Below, piece by piece: positions 22,216 through 32,633 of a stretch of DNA of 64,000 nucleotides. The notes under the pieces were generated by a model that was not told the origin of the DNA, did not search any database, and worked only from the letters and a program-made list of their open reading frames with translations. Source of the stretch: Naegleria gruberi (Eukaryota); assembly GCA_000004985.1 (NCBI GenBank), contig GG738872.1. One strand, written 5' to 3'. Every line of letters begins with the position of its first letter. Position 1 is the first letter of the stretch. Made by a program: the position numbers and the translations under genes.

Positions 22216-23795
22216 TGGTCATTCCAAAAAACTAAACCAATCTATGATAATCAAGTTATTTACAATCAATGCAGCATTGATAAAGCCAATCTCCCACAGG
22301 AATCCCCAATTGAAACATTCAATGTTGCATTAAAAGTTCCAGATATTGCTCTTCTTAAGAAAAACAGTAAAGTTGTCCAAAAAGGAAAATGGACCTTAAT
22401 TTGGAATCAAGGAATGGAAATTCGTTTTTCAAATTTCAGATATTTTGCCTTTTTTAATTATACTATGAATGCAGAGGGAGTTTCTACTTCAAATTGTAGT
22501 AGAATTCTTATGGGTACTTATCACGATAATTCTGTGAACGCTGCCAAGTGGGGATGCTTTATTGGTGATAGGATTAAGGTGCCAAAAAGTGCTAAAAGAT
22601 TTTTGACAGATGTCAGTTTGAGTTCTGGAAATGTAGAGGGTAGATCTGAGAGAGATGATAGAAAATATGAAGATTATCAATATGTAGAAGAATTAAATAA
22701 GGTACAAAAGAGTTGGAAGGCATCAATCAATAATCAATTTAAAGGAATGACAATTGGTCAATTGAAAAGTATTTATCTCAAAAAACAAAAAAGAGTTTCT
22801 ATTGCATCCAGAGATTTTATCAACAATGAATTGAAAAAGAAAGCTACCACCCGTCATCCCTCATCTGGAGGTCAATTCATATTCAATGGTGAAATTGACA
22901 GATATGAATGGATTAGTGATGAGGAAATTTCAAAAATTCCTGAAGAATTTTCATGGGAAGATGTGAATGGTCAAGATTATTTGACCCCTGTGAGAAACCA
23001 GTACAGTTGTGGATCATGCTTTGCTTTCGGTGAGTTTCAGATTCTGTAAAACTAATATTCGAATATTATTTAATTAAGGCACCAGTGAAATGCTTGGAAT
23101 GAGAGTTAGAATTAAGAGCGGTCTTTCCAAAACCGACATATTCTCTCCACAAGCCATTGTCGATTGTAGTCCTTATTCTCAAGGGTAGGTTCAATCTTTC
23201 GAATTTCATTATTCTAAACATTTCTAATTTTGTTTTATCAAAAAACTATAGCTGCAGTGGAGGATGTGTCTATCTTGCCTCCAAATATGTACAAGATTAT
23301 GGACTCGTTCTCGATCAATGTCTCCCTTACAATGCCTCAATGAGAGTTGCCCAAACATGCACCATCAATCAACAAACTGCATGTACAAAATTGAGAGTTT
23401 CGAATTATTACAATGTTGGTGGTTATTATGGAGCTTCAAATGAATTGAACATTATGATGGATGTCTTGAAAAGAGGTCCAATTGTTGCTGGATTTATGGT
23501 TTACAATGACTTTTTCTATTACAAGAGTGGTATTTATACTCACATTCCAACAGAAAAATACGAAACTTCATCAACAGATAAGAAATTACCCAAATTTTAC
23601 TACATTAATCACACATTAATCATTTATGGATGGGGAATCGACAAGTCAACTGGTCAAAAATATTGGAATATTCAAAATTCTTGGGGATCTAAAGATTGGG
23701 GAATGAAAGGTCGTGGTCTTGTTGCTAGAGGTGATAACACTGGATTTATTGAAAGTGATGCTGAAGCTGCAATTCCAATCATTTCAAATCTTTGA
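22216..23795 (+). CDS. CTSC: Cathepsin C (dipeptidyl peptidase I) with exclusion domain, 5'-partial because it starts inside the N-run; join(22216..23029,23079..23184,23252..23795).
   Basis: Exclusion-domain match WTLIWNQGMEIRFSNFRYFAFFNYTMNAEGVSTSNCSRILMGTYHDNSVNAAKWGCFIGDRIKVP, compare human [58 protein letters not shown]. Papain active-site QYSCGSCFAFG. Introns: 49 nt (gtgagt..taattaag) and 67 nt (gtaggt..ctatag). C-terminal IYGWGIDKSTGQKYWNIQNSWGSKDWGMKGRGLVARGDNTGFIESDAEAAIP, compare cathepsin C RRGTDECAIESIAVAATP. The frame is open back to the gap edge at 22216. Confidence 0.8.
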
Positions 23796-23985
23796 AAATA
23801 AAGAAATCTTTGAAGAATTTTTTAGATTTTTCCAATTAAATTCTCATTTCTCACTCAAAATTGTAAATGAAAAAATTGTAAATTGCATTGTTAAATCTCA
23901 GTTGATAATTGAGAATCTCCATGATTCCAGTTCGCAGAACTTATAAAAAGTCAAAAGGATCTTTTATTAAAGGTAAGTAAAAAAA

Positions 23986-24462
23986 ATGTCAACGTTCAGT
24001 GAGCTGCCATCAGAGCTACAAATTGAAATATTTTCAAATCTATCGGTCATACATTTAGGAAAAATTCTATCCATCAACAAATCCACACATGATCAACTTT
24101 TGCAGTCGGAAGTCTTTTGGAAATCATTGATCAAAAATTATTCGAAACTTTCAGGAGATTCAAATCAATCCTGTGATGAATTATTCGACATTTCTGAGGT
24201 AAAGAATCAACTAATCGACATGATCCGATATAAAAATATGAAAACCCAATTTCTACGCAAGAAATGTATAGAATTCGAATACACGTTAAGAGAATTACTA
24301 GAAGTTCAAGCAGAATTACAAAGTGTACTCCAGTTCAGACCTGAAAAGAACGAATCTCAAAAAATCAATAGGGAAATTGAGAGCATCCAAGAAGAGGTTG
24401 CCAATACCAGAAAGAAAATGGATGCATTGGAAGAAAGTTTGGAGAAAATGACAATTGATTAA
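23986..24462 (+). CDS. Small F-box protein of 158 aa with a coiled-coil C-terminus.
   Basis: F-box LPSELQIEIFSNLSVIHLGKILSINKSTHDQLLQSEVFW. C-terminal heptad-like, E/K-rich region. ATG at 23986 in an aaaaaaATG context. Confidence 0.5.
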   Translation: MSTFSELPSELQIEIFSNLSVIHLGKILSINKSTHDQLLQSEVFWKSLIKNYSKLSGDSNQSCDELFDISEVKNQLIDMIRYKNMKTQFLRKKCIEFEYTLRELLEVQAELQSVLQFRPEKNESQKINREIESIQEEVANTRKKMDALEESLEKMTID

Positions 24463-24839
24463 AGCATTATTATTTTTCATTTCATAAATGCAATTTTCTC
24501 CTTCAGGTGAATAAATTATTATTCTGCAATTTTGCAGTTAGGTCAAGAGTTCAGAAATTTTGAGAAGGAAACAAATTCAAGTTCGAAATTAATTTCGTCA
24601 TTCTGTAATCACTTTAAATATTCTAAAATCAAGAGAGTTACTAGTTCACAATCCATTGTCCGAACTGGCCAATTCATGGCTAAATTAAAGAAACAACTGG
24701 CCTTAATAAATTTTTGCAGGAGTTGTAAACTCCGTATTGGGAGTTTCTAAAGAGGAGTTTCTGGTCAAAAAGAACAACTGTAAAACAATGAGTCAAAATA
24801 CAAGACCGTCATCATCATCATTAAATTATATATAACCCT

Positions 24840-26022
24840 ATGCATTGGAATATTGCTGGCTCTCCTTGCGGTGTGGAACTGCAAAGTTGAAGCAGCTCAA
24901 ATACGCCAATTTAACAACAATTTAGAAGGAAAACAGTTGCAAAACAAGCACTCCTATGAAAGTGCACATCCTGAATCAGATATTGCTTGGGAAAATTTAC
25001 CAGTTCATGATGAAAATTTCAACAATTTTATTAACAAACATACGAGAGGTTGGTGGCAAGCAGGAAATAACAAAGTTTTCACAGGAAGAAAACTCAAAGA
25101 CATCCTAAATAGAGGTTCACATTTAAGGAGAAGAAAAGGTCAACATGTAAAAAATAACTATTCAGTAGTCAACTCAAAGATTGTGAAAATTTCAAACTAT
25201 TCCATTCCTCCAGCTTATTCCTTATTGGAAGATCCAAAATTTTCCTCATGTAAACAATTATCACTCATTAGAGATGAACAACAATGTGGATGTTGGGCCT
25301 TTGTAGTTGCTGAAGTTGTTTCTGATAGATTTTGTGTTTCATCCAAGACGAAAGTGAATGAAGTGTTATCGCCTCAATACTTAATTTCATGCGATTCCAA
25401 CAATGGTGGTTGTAGTTATGGATATTTCGATACTGCCTTTCAATTTGTTGAAAATCAAGGCATTGGTAAGTTGAAAACTCACAAATTTTCTCATGAACTT
25501 GTTTCACAGTCACTGAAAATTGCTTTCCATTCGTTTCAGGTGAAGGGAACTACATTCCCCCTTGTCCAAAAAAGTGTCTCGCCTATAATCCTTTCACCCT
25601 CTTCAAGGTCAACAACTCCCGTGCCTTCCTTCCACAGGACATCCAAGGAATGCAATTGAGCATTATGAACGGAGGTTCTCTAGCTGCCTCTCTCGATATT
25701 TACAGAGATTTTGTGCAATACAGGGGTGGTGTGTATAGACATTTGGTGGGAAATTACATGTTTACTCATTCAGTGAGGATTGTTGGGTGGGGAATTACCT
25801 CTCCTCAACAGGGAAGCATTCCATATTGTATGTACTTTTAGGAATTTTATTAACTTTGTGTATTTTTTTAAAATTGAAAAATTGAAAATTTCTAATTTAG
25901 GGATTTGTGGAAATAATTGGACAGAAGAGTGGGGTATGCAAGGTTGGTTCTGGATCCTTAGAGGTTCCAATGAATGTAATATCGAACTAGATGTGTGGGA
26001 AACTACTCCAATAATCAATTAA
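24840..26022 (+). CDS. CTSB: Cathepsin B-like papain-family cysteine protease; join(24853..25465,25540..25827,25901..26022). The N-terminal start is uncertain.
   Basis: Active-site CGCWAFVVAEVVSDRFCV (compare CGSCWAFGAVEAISDRICI). An occluding-loop-like Cys-rich segment is present. Exon 2: GTGEGNYIPPCPKKC...VRIVGWGITSPQQGSIPY. Splicing joins ...PYW | ICGNNWTEEWGMQGWFWILRGSNECNIELDV (compare [26 protein letters not shown]). Introns are 74 nt (gtaagt..tttcag) and 73 nt (gtatgt..aatttag). The track 'M' at 24853 is TTG. The nearest ATG (24840) is one frame off, so there is either a 1-nt frameshift or a missing upstream exon. Confidence 0.75.
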
Positions 26023-26163
26023 TAAATATTATTAAAAATATTTATTAATAGATAACAAAATATTTAACAAAAATTTCTTTCGTCAGGAAACAACAGTTTT
26101 AGTTTGAATCTTTGATAAAAGAAAATTGTAAGTTTAATTTTTTTAATAATTTGCAATAAAAAA

Positions 26164-27438
26164 ATGTCTGTTATCGATGATGATAATTTCTTCTTGTTGG
26201 AAAATAGACTTGATCAGGCATCGATTATTTGTATTTTGGAATTTCTCAATAGGAATGAAATTAATAATTTAGCAAGTTTGATTTATCGATCCGATTCTAC
26301 AGAAATTGAAAAGGGATTTTATAATGAAACATATTTGGATTTAAAATTTGGAAATTGTTTGATGATTTATTGTTGGAAAGATGAGTTTTGGGAGGATTAT
26401 ATGAATGAGAAAATTATGAGGATTAACAAATTATTGAGAAAATCAATAACTCCGATTGAAATATTTAATGATGATGATTGGAATGATGGTGGGAATATTA
26501 GATTGAAATTTATTAAATATATGTGGAAGAGAATTGGTTCAGAGAATTGGAGGTTAATTCAGAAAACAAGACATGACAGAAAGTTATACATTCACTCACT
26601 TTCTGATAAATTATCAAAAATTGCCAAGTTAAACAAAAGGTTCAAAACTCCAGAATGTGAAGGATTGATTAGAGAGAGAATTGAACAAGCTTGTTTTATT
26701 GAAGAAGACTCTCTTTCAAAGTATTTGAAAGAGCCAATGATTGTGGATAATTTGAATGAATCCATACAGTATGAGAAATGGGTCAGTATGGGAATGAATG
26801 TTGGTAAAACAAGTTTATTCATGACAATTAGTGGAGTAGAATTCCCTTTTGAGTATACCCCTAAAGTTTTTGATGGATACAATGCAGCTGTGCTAGTTTC
26901 ATGTATCAACAAGAAAGGAGAAGAAAGAAAAGTTAGTTTTCACTTTGGATTTTGGGACACTGGTAAGTTAACAATTTGGAAAATAATACTATTAAGTTAA
27001 ATAGTTGGAAATGAAGAGTATGATAAATTAAGACCACTTGGTTATCCTGACACAACTATATTTACTCTAAATTATGCTATTAATGATTGGTCAAGTTTAA
27101 AACAATTGGCTGAACATCTACTGTGGGAATCTACTCTTTCCGAGCCAAATGCAACTTTTGTCGTTGTTTCAACAAAGAATGATCTAAAAGAAGAATGTTA
27201 TTGGAATAGTTTATTGGATCCATTATTAATGGAAGAAGCAATTTCTCCAGAAGATGGAATCATGTTTACAAAATCAATAGGAGCAATATCATTTATTGAA
27301 ACAAGTTCTAAAACAAAGAAAGGTATAGAATATCTACTCCAGAAACTTGTTTTACTTAGATTGATACATCTTCAACATTTGAAATCAATTGAAAAGCAAA
27401 AACAGGATGACACAAAAAGGAAATGTTCAGTTCAATAA
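26164..27438 (+). CDS. Atypical, predicted GTPase-deficient Rho-family small GTPase with a 200-aa N-terminal extension; join(26164..26962,27005..27438), about 411 aa.
   Basis: G1 MGMNVGKTS (compare GDGAVGKT; the Gly12-equivalent is Met). G3 WDTV|GNEEYDKLRPLGYPDTTIF across a 42-nt intron (compare [22 protein letters not shown]; the Gln61-equivalent is Asn). G4 STKND. Effector region FEYTPKVFDGYNAAV (compare Rho YVPTVFDNYSA). Confidence 0.65.
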
Positions 27439-27572
27439 CATTTTTATCAAAAATAATGGGCAAAAGACATGAGATAGAGATTATTAGGTTTTTAAATTTA
27501 ATACTTTAGAATATCTCCCAATCTGTATATATACTGCCTCCTAATGAAAAATAGTAGTTTAATTAGAGGAAT

Positions 27573-29275
27573 CTATTTAAAGTATGGAAGTAAATGATCT
27601 CTTGGAGTGAAAAATACTCTATATTTGGTGGGATCCATATAGTACATACTCTTTTCAACTGAAAATGGTGGAAATTCATTTCCGTTGGAATGAGTCAACT
27701 TGAAATGTCTAACTAATGCTATTAAGGCAAAGTAAATTTCATTAGTGGCAACTCTTTCTCCCTATTACAATTCACGATTATATAATATAATAATTGATTA
27801 ATATTACTATTATATAATTATTAAATACTTACCGGACATTTACGAGCTCCAGTTCCAAATGGGCCAAGGTAATCCTTTGGCTCGCTTATTTCAGATCCCT
27901 TGATGTGACGTTCTGGAAGAAATTCAATTCCACGTGGAACATATTTGGATTGAACTGATGGCACATCCAAGAATAAGACCTGGGTTCCCTTTTCTAATTT
28001 GTAAGCGCCAAGAATAGTGTCTTTGGTCAATAGACGAGAGTTTCTTACTGGAATAACACTGTCCACTCTCATGAGTTCATCAATGAACAATTTACATAAT
28101 TTCAATTGTTTCATATGTTCTGGGGTGACTTGCACTTGTCAATTCATCAGCAGTTGGTTCACCAAATACTTGAGCTGTCTCTTCATATAATTTCTGAGCC
28201 CACTCCTTTTCGTGAGCAATTCTATACAACAAAGTAGTCATCATACGAGCTGTAACATCGACACCACCAATCATGAATGCAGAGAGTACAGTAGTTGTTG
28301 CTTCAGAAAGAAAACCAGCCATCTTTGCTCTTTCTTCGACCAATTCTTTGAGTCTTGGAATTTTACCATCATAACGATCAGATAAAAGATCAACAAGCTT
28401 GAATCCACGTCCAAAGGAAATATCACTCAACTCTTCAAAATCCTTATAATCCTTTGTTTTGTAGCCGTACTTGTAAAGACCTGGTTGGTATTGAAGTTTG
28501 AGGATTAGATCAGTAGTATCAACAGCATCCTTAATATACTGTCTAACTGTGAATCCTAATTTTTCAATCAATTCCTTTTCAGTCACTTTAACACCCAAGA
28601 ATACTTTGATTACTGCACTAAAGGCGAATTGACTCATAATATCATACATTGGATCAGCAAAATAATATTGTTTTGAATTTTCATCAAATTTCAAGGTATT
28701 AACAAATGATTTCAATAATTCATTGTTCAATTCAGTCAATTGTGGCAAAATGACTTCGTTGAAATATTGTGGCTTGAGGGGAATATTCAAAACTTGACGA
28801 ATATCATTCCAATTCTCATGATTGAAATAGTCCATTGTAACCCTAATCATTCCCTTTTCAAGTTTGTAATGTCTTGATGCATGAAGAGTTAATCTTCCTT
28901 CTTCCCCTCTTGCTAACTCACGAACTGCCTTTGGATCTGACAAAATGACCATCTTGTTATTCAATAATTTAATCTTTACAAAATCCCCATATTGATTGGC
29001 CAATTCGGTGAAATAAGCATTTGGATTATTGGCATTCTTGAACAAATCTAAAGCTTGTCCTATGAATGGCAATCCCTTTGGGCCCGGCATTTCGTCAAAA
29101 CTCTTGAGAGGTTGTGTTGGACTTAACGGACGTTCTTGTGAAGATTAGGACATTGTGCCGTGCTACCTGAATGTGTTTCAACTTGCAAGGTGATATTCGA
29201 AAGAGAGAAGGAACGTTGCGTCAGTTTTGCTAATTGCTTGTTGAGAGAAAGTGTTTGAGTAGTTCTTCTTAGCAT
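27573..29275 (-). CDS. Cytochrome P450 with a presequence-like N-terminus (possibly mitochondrial-type); join(29275..29167,29134..27833,27761..27573). An apparent 1-nt frameshift lies near 28100-28120.
   Basis: MPGPKGLPFIGQ near the N-terminus. I-helix GGVDVTA. ExxR as ELMR. PERF-like FLPERH. The heme loop FGTGARKCPG forms only after splicing ccg|gtaagt...ttgtaatag|gga (70-nt intron, 27832..27763), which adds ERVATNEIYFALIALVRHFKL... The N-terminal and C-terminal halves sit in two overlapping ORFs (28092..29090 and 27821..28135) that differ by one frame. The proposed first exon MLRRTTQTLSLNKQLAKLTQRSFSLS... plus a 32-nt intron is tentative. Confidence 0.7.
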
Positions 29276-29677
29276 GTTTCTTTTGTTTTTTTTGAAAGTG
29301 TAATTATCAACAGTCATTATTCAACATGGTTGTATCAACTTTCTAATTCCAATAAATATTTCATCTATCACAAGTACTCCTCTTTTAAGGTTCACTAGTC
29401 CTCAAAAGAATGTGTTCATTGTTGACCATGGTCTTCATCCTTGGCCAGAAGTGAAGCCAAATCCCTTCCAGAATTTTCATATCACCTTCACCATCCTTAT
29501 CTTCACTCCAGTAGTATCCTCCAGTGGTTTGGTAAGCAGATTGTTTCTTGTTGAGGGACTTTGAGCAACTTCGGTGGTACTCTTCTTTGTCTTTAATAAA
29601 TCAATAATTTCTGACACTTGTTCATCATCTTCAACATCAATGTCTTCTGTTTCCATAATTTGCAAAAAACAGAAAAA

Positions 29678-30373
29678 ATGATCAACAACCAGCATTCATC
29701 ATCTCTGTCTTCTACTCAAATTAGTAGAACACTCCAAACAATGCAACAACAACAATACACTCCCACACTAAACTCCCTGCATTCGTACCATCCACTGGGA
29801 CCTCCAACAATCTCAATGTCATCATCCGTACCTCCATCAATGTCCATATCATCTTCATCATCATCTACCAATAACAAGGAATCCTTTGATAATTTTAATA
29901 ATGTCGATCCGCAAGCAAAAAAAGCCTTTGATCACGCCAATAATATTATTGAAAATTCCAATCAGGATAAAACATTTTCTGTCTTTTCCATTCCACCACG
30001 TGAGGCTCTCTCCTATTATTTGGGTGTTGAAGAACATTATCAAAGGGAACAAATTAAACCAGTATGTCCTTTGTGTATGAGACAAGTACACTTCTCTGCA
30101 TTATCTAAACATGTAGTTTCATGTGCAGAGTATAGAAATTCATTATTGGCCATGGAAGAATCACCTCCAATTAAATCGACTACTACTTCACCATTCATGC
30201 CACCTCCATCATTATATTCATCATCAATGGATTATAATAATAGTAATTCATTATACCCTTTATTAGGTAAAAGAACGAAATTAGATAGTGATAATCTTTT
30301 AGGTGGTAGTAATAATATGACTAGTAATAATTCATTATTGATGAATAGTGGTTTGCCTCAGTACAATTTCTAA
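29678..30373 (+). CDS. Ser/Gln-rich protein with a single UBZ4/Rad18-type C2HC zinc finger.
   Basis: The first ATG is at 29678 (track start 29618 is TTG). KPVCPLCMRQVHFSALSKHVVSC fits C-x2-C-x9-H-x5-C as in UBZ4 ubiquitin-binding zinc fingers. The rest is low complexity. Confidence 0.4.
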   Translation: MINNQHSSSLSSTQISRTLQTMQQQQYTPTLNSLHSYHPLGPPTISMSSSVPPSMSISSSSSSTNNKESFDNFNNVDPQAKKAFDHANNIIENSNQDKTFSVFSIPPREALSYYLGVEEHYQREQIKPVCPLCMRQVHFSALSKHVVSCAEYRNSLLAMEESPPIKSTTTSPFMPPPSLYSSSMDYNNSNSLYPLLGKRTKLDSDNLLGGSNNMTSNNSLLMNSGLPQYNF

Positions 30374-30738
30374 TGAGTTGAAAGCTCACTCAATGAGACT
30401 GGATTTATTATTATTTGGTAATTATTGAAATGATCCAGATCACTTGAAAATGCTTGCCAAGGAAAGTTTTGGATTCATGTCAACAATCAAGGATGCTGAT
30501 ACATTATGCTCTACCAAATTATAAAAGAAATGTGAAAATTAATTAAAAATTTATTAAAAAATATTAAAACAAAATTGCAAAATTGTTGTGTTACGGAAAA
30601 ACATGTTGCTTCTAACTCAAAGCAAGAACCACACATTCCATTCATGGTCAACGGCTAACTGTAAAAACTAGGCTTGGCCACTTCCAATACCAAACATATT
30701 CACAATGTTATCATCATACAATAACAAAGTAAAAAATA

Positions 30739-32184
30739 ATGAAGGCACCACTTCTTCATCTTGTGCTCATCATCAATGTTGTATTACTGGCGGTGAATGT
30801 CATGTGGATGATACAACAAGGTGCTACTCCCGAACAAGATCAGCCTCATCATCAAGTGCTACTCAATAATAATAATACCGAACATATTCATTATGATAAT
30901 AATACTACATCAATACAAATACAGGAAATATCACCAATTCAAAATAATCATACAATGGAGAGGGTCCAAGAATCACAAGAACAACAAGTATTGGACAATC
31001 AATTTGATGAGCAATGTCTGTTTCACATGTTGATATTGACTGTACCTAGGCTGGAAATTGAAGGATCCAGATATCACTATCTAAAATCAACGCTTAATGG
31101 CTTGTATTCACAATTGGGAAATACCATCTTTATGCCGTGTGTAACTGTGTTCAATCCAAATCCAATATGGAGAAGTGAGCTTGAGGAGGCTATTCCTGAG
31201 CAAGTTAGGGGATGGAAACGGTTTAGAATATTGGAAAATCAGTATAGGAGTGATATTTTCCAATCTCCTTCAATGAGTCAAAAGAAAAAGAATCAATCCA
31301 ACAACTTTTTTGACATGATGAAGACCTTTTTGAATGTGTCCACACTCGAGAGGAATGTAGTTTTTATGGAGGATGATTTTGTAATGTGTGAGGATGTATC
31401 ATCTCACTTTATTCACGTTCTCAATAAGGCCTCAGATCCAGAACTCTTTTCAGGAGTGAGATTCTCTTTTGGACTCAATGGAGTGCTCGTTCAAAGGAGA
31501 GACCTTCCGCAAATGATTTACATGTGTGAAGAGTATGCTTTTAAGGATTTCCCAATTGACAATCTTTTGGAAGAATTTTTAAATAAGAAAACAAAGATGG
31601 GAAAGGACTATTTCAAAAATAGAGAATTCTTTACCTACAGATATCAATTGATGGAACATATTGGAAAAATATCTTCAGTTGGTAATGATAGAGATCAGGA
31701 AATGATGGATTTGACTTTCCCTCATTGCTATGAAACTCAAATCTACTCTCAAATCATGAATCAGTACAAATTATACTGTGCTCACTCACTGTTTTCTCCA
31801 TGTGATCGACCAAAAAAGCTTCAATTTTCACACGATGTATTTGAATTTCCACTCAAACCGCCTACTTTAAAAATTACTCTCTCAGAGCTCAATAAGGTCG
31901 AAAGTGTATTGTGTGAAGAAGGAGAGGATTGTGACACTTGTTGCAAAAAGAGAGCTAAAACTTGTGATGTTTCATTCTTCCCCTACATTAACCATTGCAG
32001 AGAAATACAGAAACATTCAAAAGAGAGATGTAATTGTAAGATCGATGATGAATTTTTCAGTTCCATAGCACCAAGTATGGACACTAACAAAGATTGCTAT
32101 GTTGGATATAGACCAAGTAGATTCTCATGTTCTAACAAGAAATCAAAGAGTAATCACCGTAGATTATGTCCATGCAAATCTTGA
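30739..32184 (+). CDS. Type II membrane protein (N-terminal signal anchor, lumenal domain, Cys-rich C-terminus), possibly a Golgi glycosyltransferase-like enzyme.
   Basis: MKAPLLHLVLIINVVLLAVNVMWMIQQG is a signal anchor. Acidic DxD-like FMEDDFVMCED. C-terminal cluster of about 14 Cys (CEEGEDCDTCCKKRAKTCD...CNCKIDDE...CPCKS). No confident family assignment. Confidence 0.4.
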   Translation: MKAPLLHLVLIINVVLLAVNVMWMIQQGATPEQDQPHHQVLLNNNNTEHIHYDNNTTSIQIQEISPIQNNHTMERVQESQEQQVLDNQFDEQCLFHMLILTVPRLEIEGSRYHYLKSTLNGLYSQLGNTIFMPCVTVFNPNPIWRSELEEAIPEQVRGWKRFRILENQYRSDIFQSPSMSQKKKNQSNNFFDMMKTFLNVSTLERNVVFMEDDFVMCEDVSSHFIHVLNKASDPELFSGVRFSFGLNGVLVQRRDLPQMIYMCEEYAFKDFPIDNLLEEFLNKKTKMGKDYFKNREFFTYRYQLMEHIGKISSVGNDRDQEMMDLTFPHCYETQIYSQIMNQYKLYCAHSLFSPCDRPKKLQFSHDVFEFPLKPPTLKITLSELNKVESVLCEEGEDCDTCCKKRAKTCDVSFFPYINHCREIQKHSKERCNCKIDDEFFSSIAPSMDTNKDCYVGYRPSRFSCSNKKSKSNHRRLCPCKS

Positions 32185-32374
32185 TCTTCCATCAGATGTC
32201 CAACTTCAATTCTCTATTCATTTGAAGAGTTTTAATCATTGTAATGAGCTTTGATGTGGAAATAAAACTCATTTTTGATCCTTTAAGGAAATAATTGAGC
32301 AATTACGAGTTCAATTAATGTCTGATTTACTATGAGAGTTCTCAATTGAAGATTACATTCTAAATGAATGGGAA

Positions 32375-32445
32375 GCGTCGATGGTTTAGTGGTAGAATAC
32401 GGCGTTGCCATCGCCGTGACCCGGGTTCAATTCCCGGTCGACGCA
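32375..32445 (+). tRNA. tRNA-Gly with anticodon GCC.
   Basis: GCGTCGATGGTTTAGTGGTAGAATACGGCGTTGCCATCGCCGTGACCCGGGTTCAATTCCCGGTCGACGCA. Perfect acceptor stem (GCGTCGA/TCGACGC), anticodon loop TTGCCAT, T-arm CCGGG-TTCAATT-CCCGG. A T-run follows downstream. Confidence 0.85.
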
Positions 32446-32633
32446 ATCAAAAATCAATTATTTTTATAATTTTTAATATTTGGCTTATCAATTTTTTATA
32501 AAAGCAAATGTACACGAAGTTTCATCTATTTCTCAAAAATCATCTATTCAATTCATTAAATTCACTGAGATAATAGGCTCTGATTGGACCTCATTTTTCA
32601 CACCCAAAATAGCTAAAAAATAGTTTAAAAAAA

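Noticed and set aside
21698-22222. ORF-track entry 'MT + X-run + SII' (minus strand) and the ORFs 19268..19852 and 19275..19814.
   Set aside because: They exist only because runs of N translate as X. The 'ATG ACC' at 22222 also lies antisense to genuine cathepsin C coding sequence. These are assembly-gap artefacts, not genes.
23800-24760. GTAAGT immediately upstream of the F-box gene ATG (23972) and the ORF 24532..24750 after its stop, as possible extra exons.
   Set aside because: There is no phase-consistent way to join them to the 23986..24462 ORF. This is likely coincidence in AT-rich sequence.
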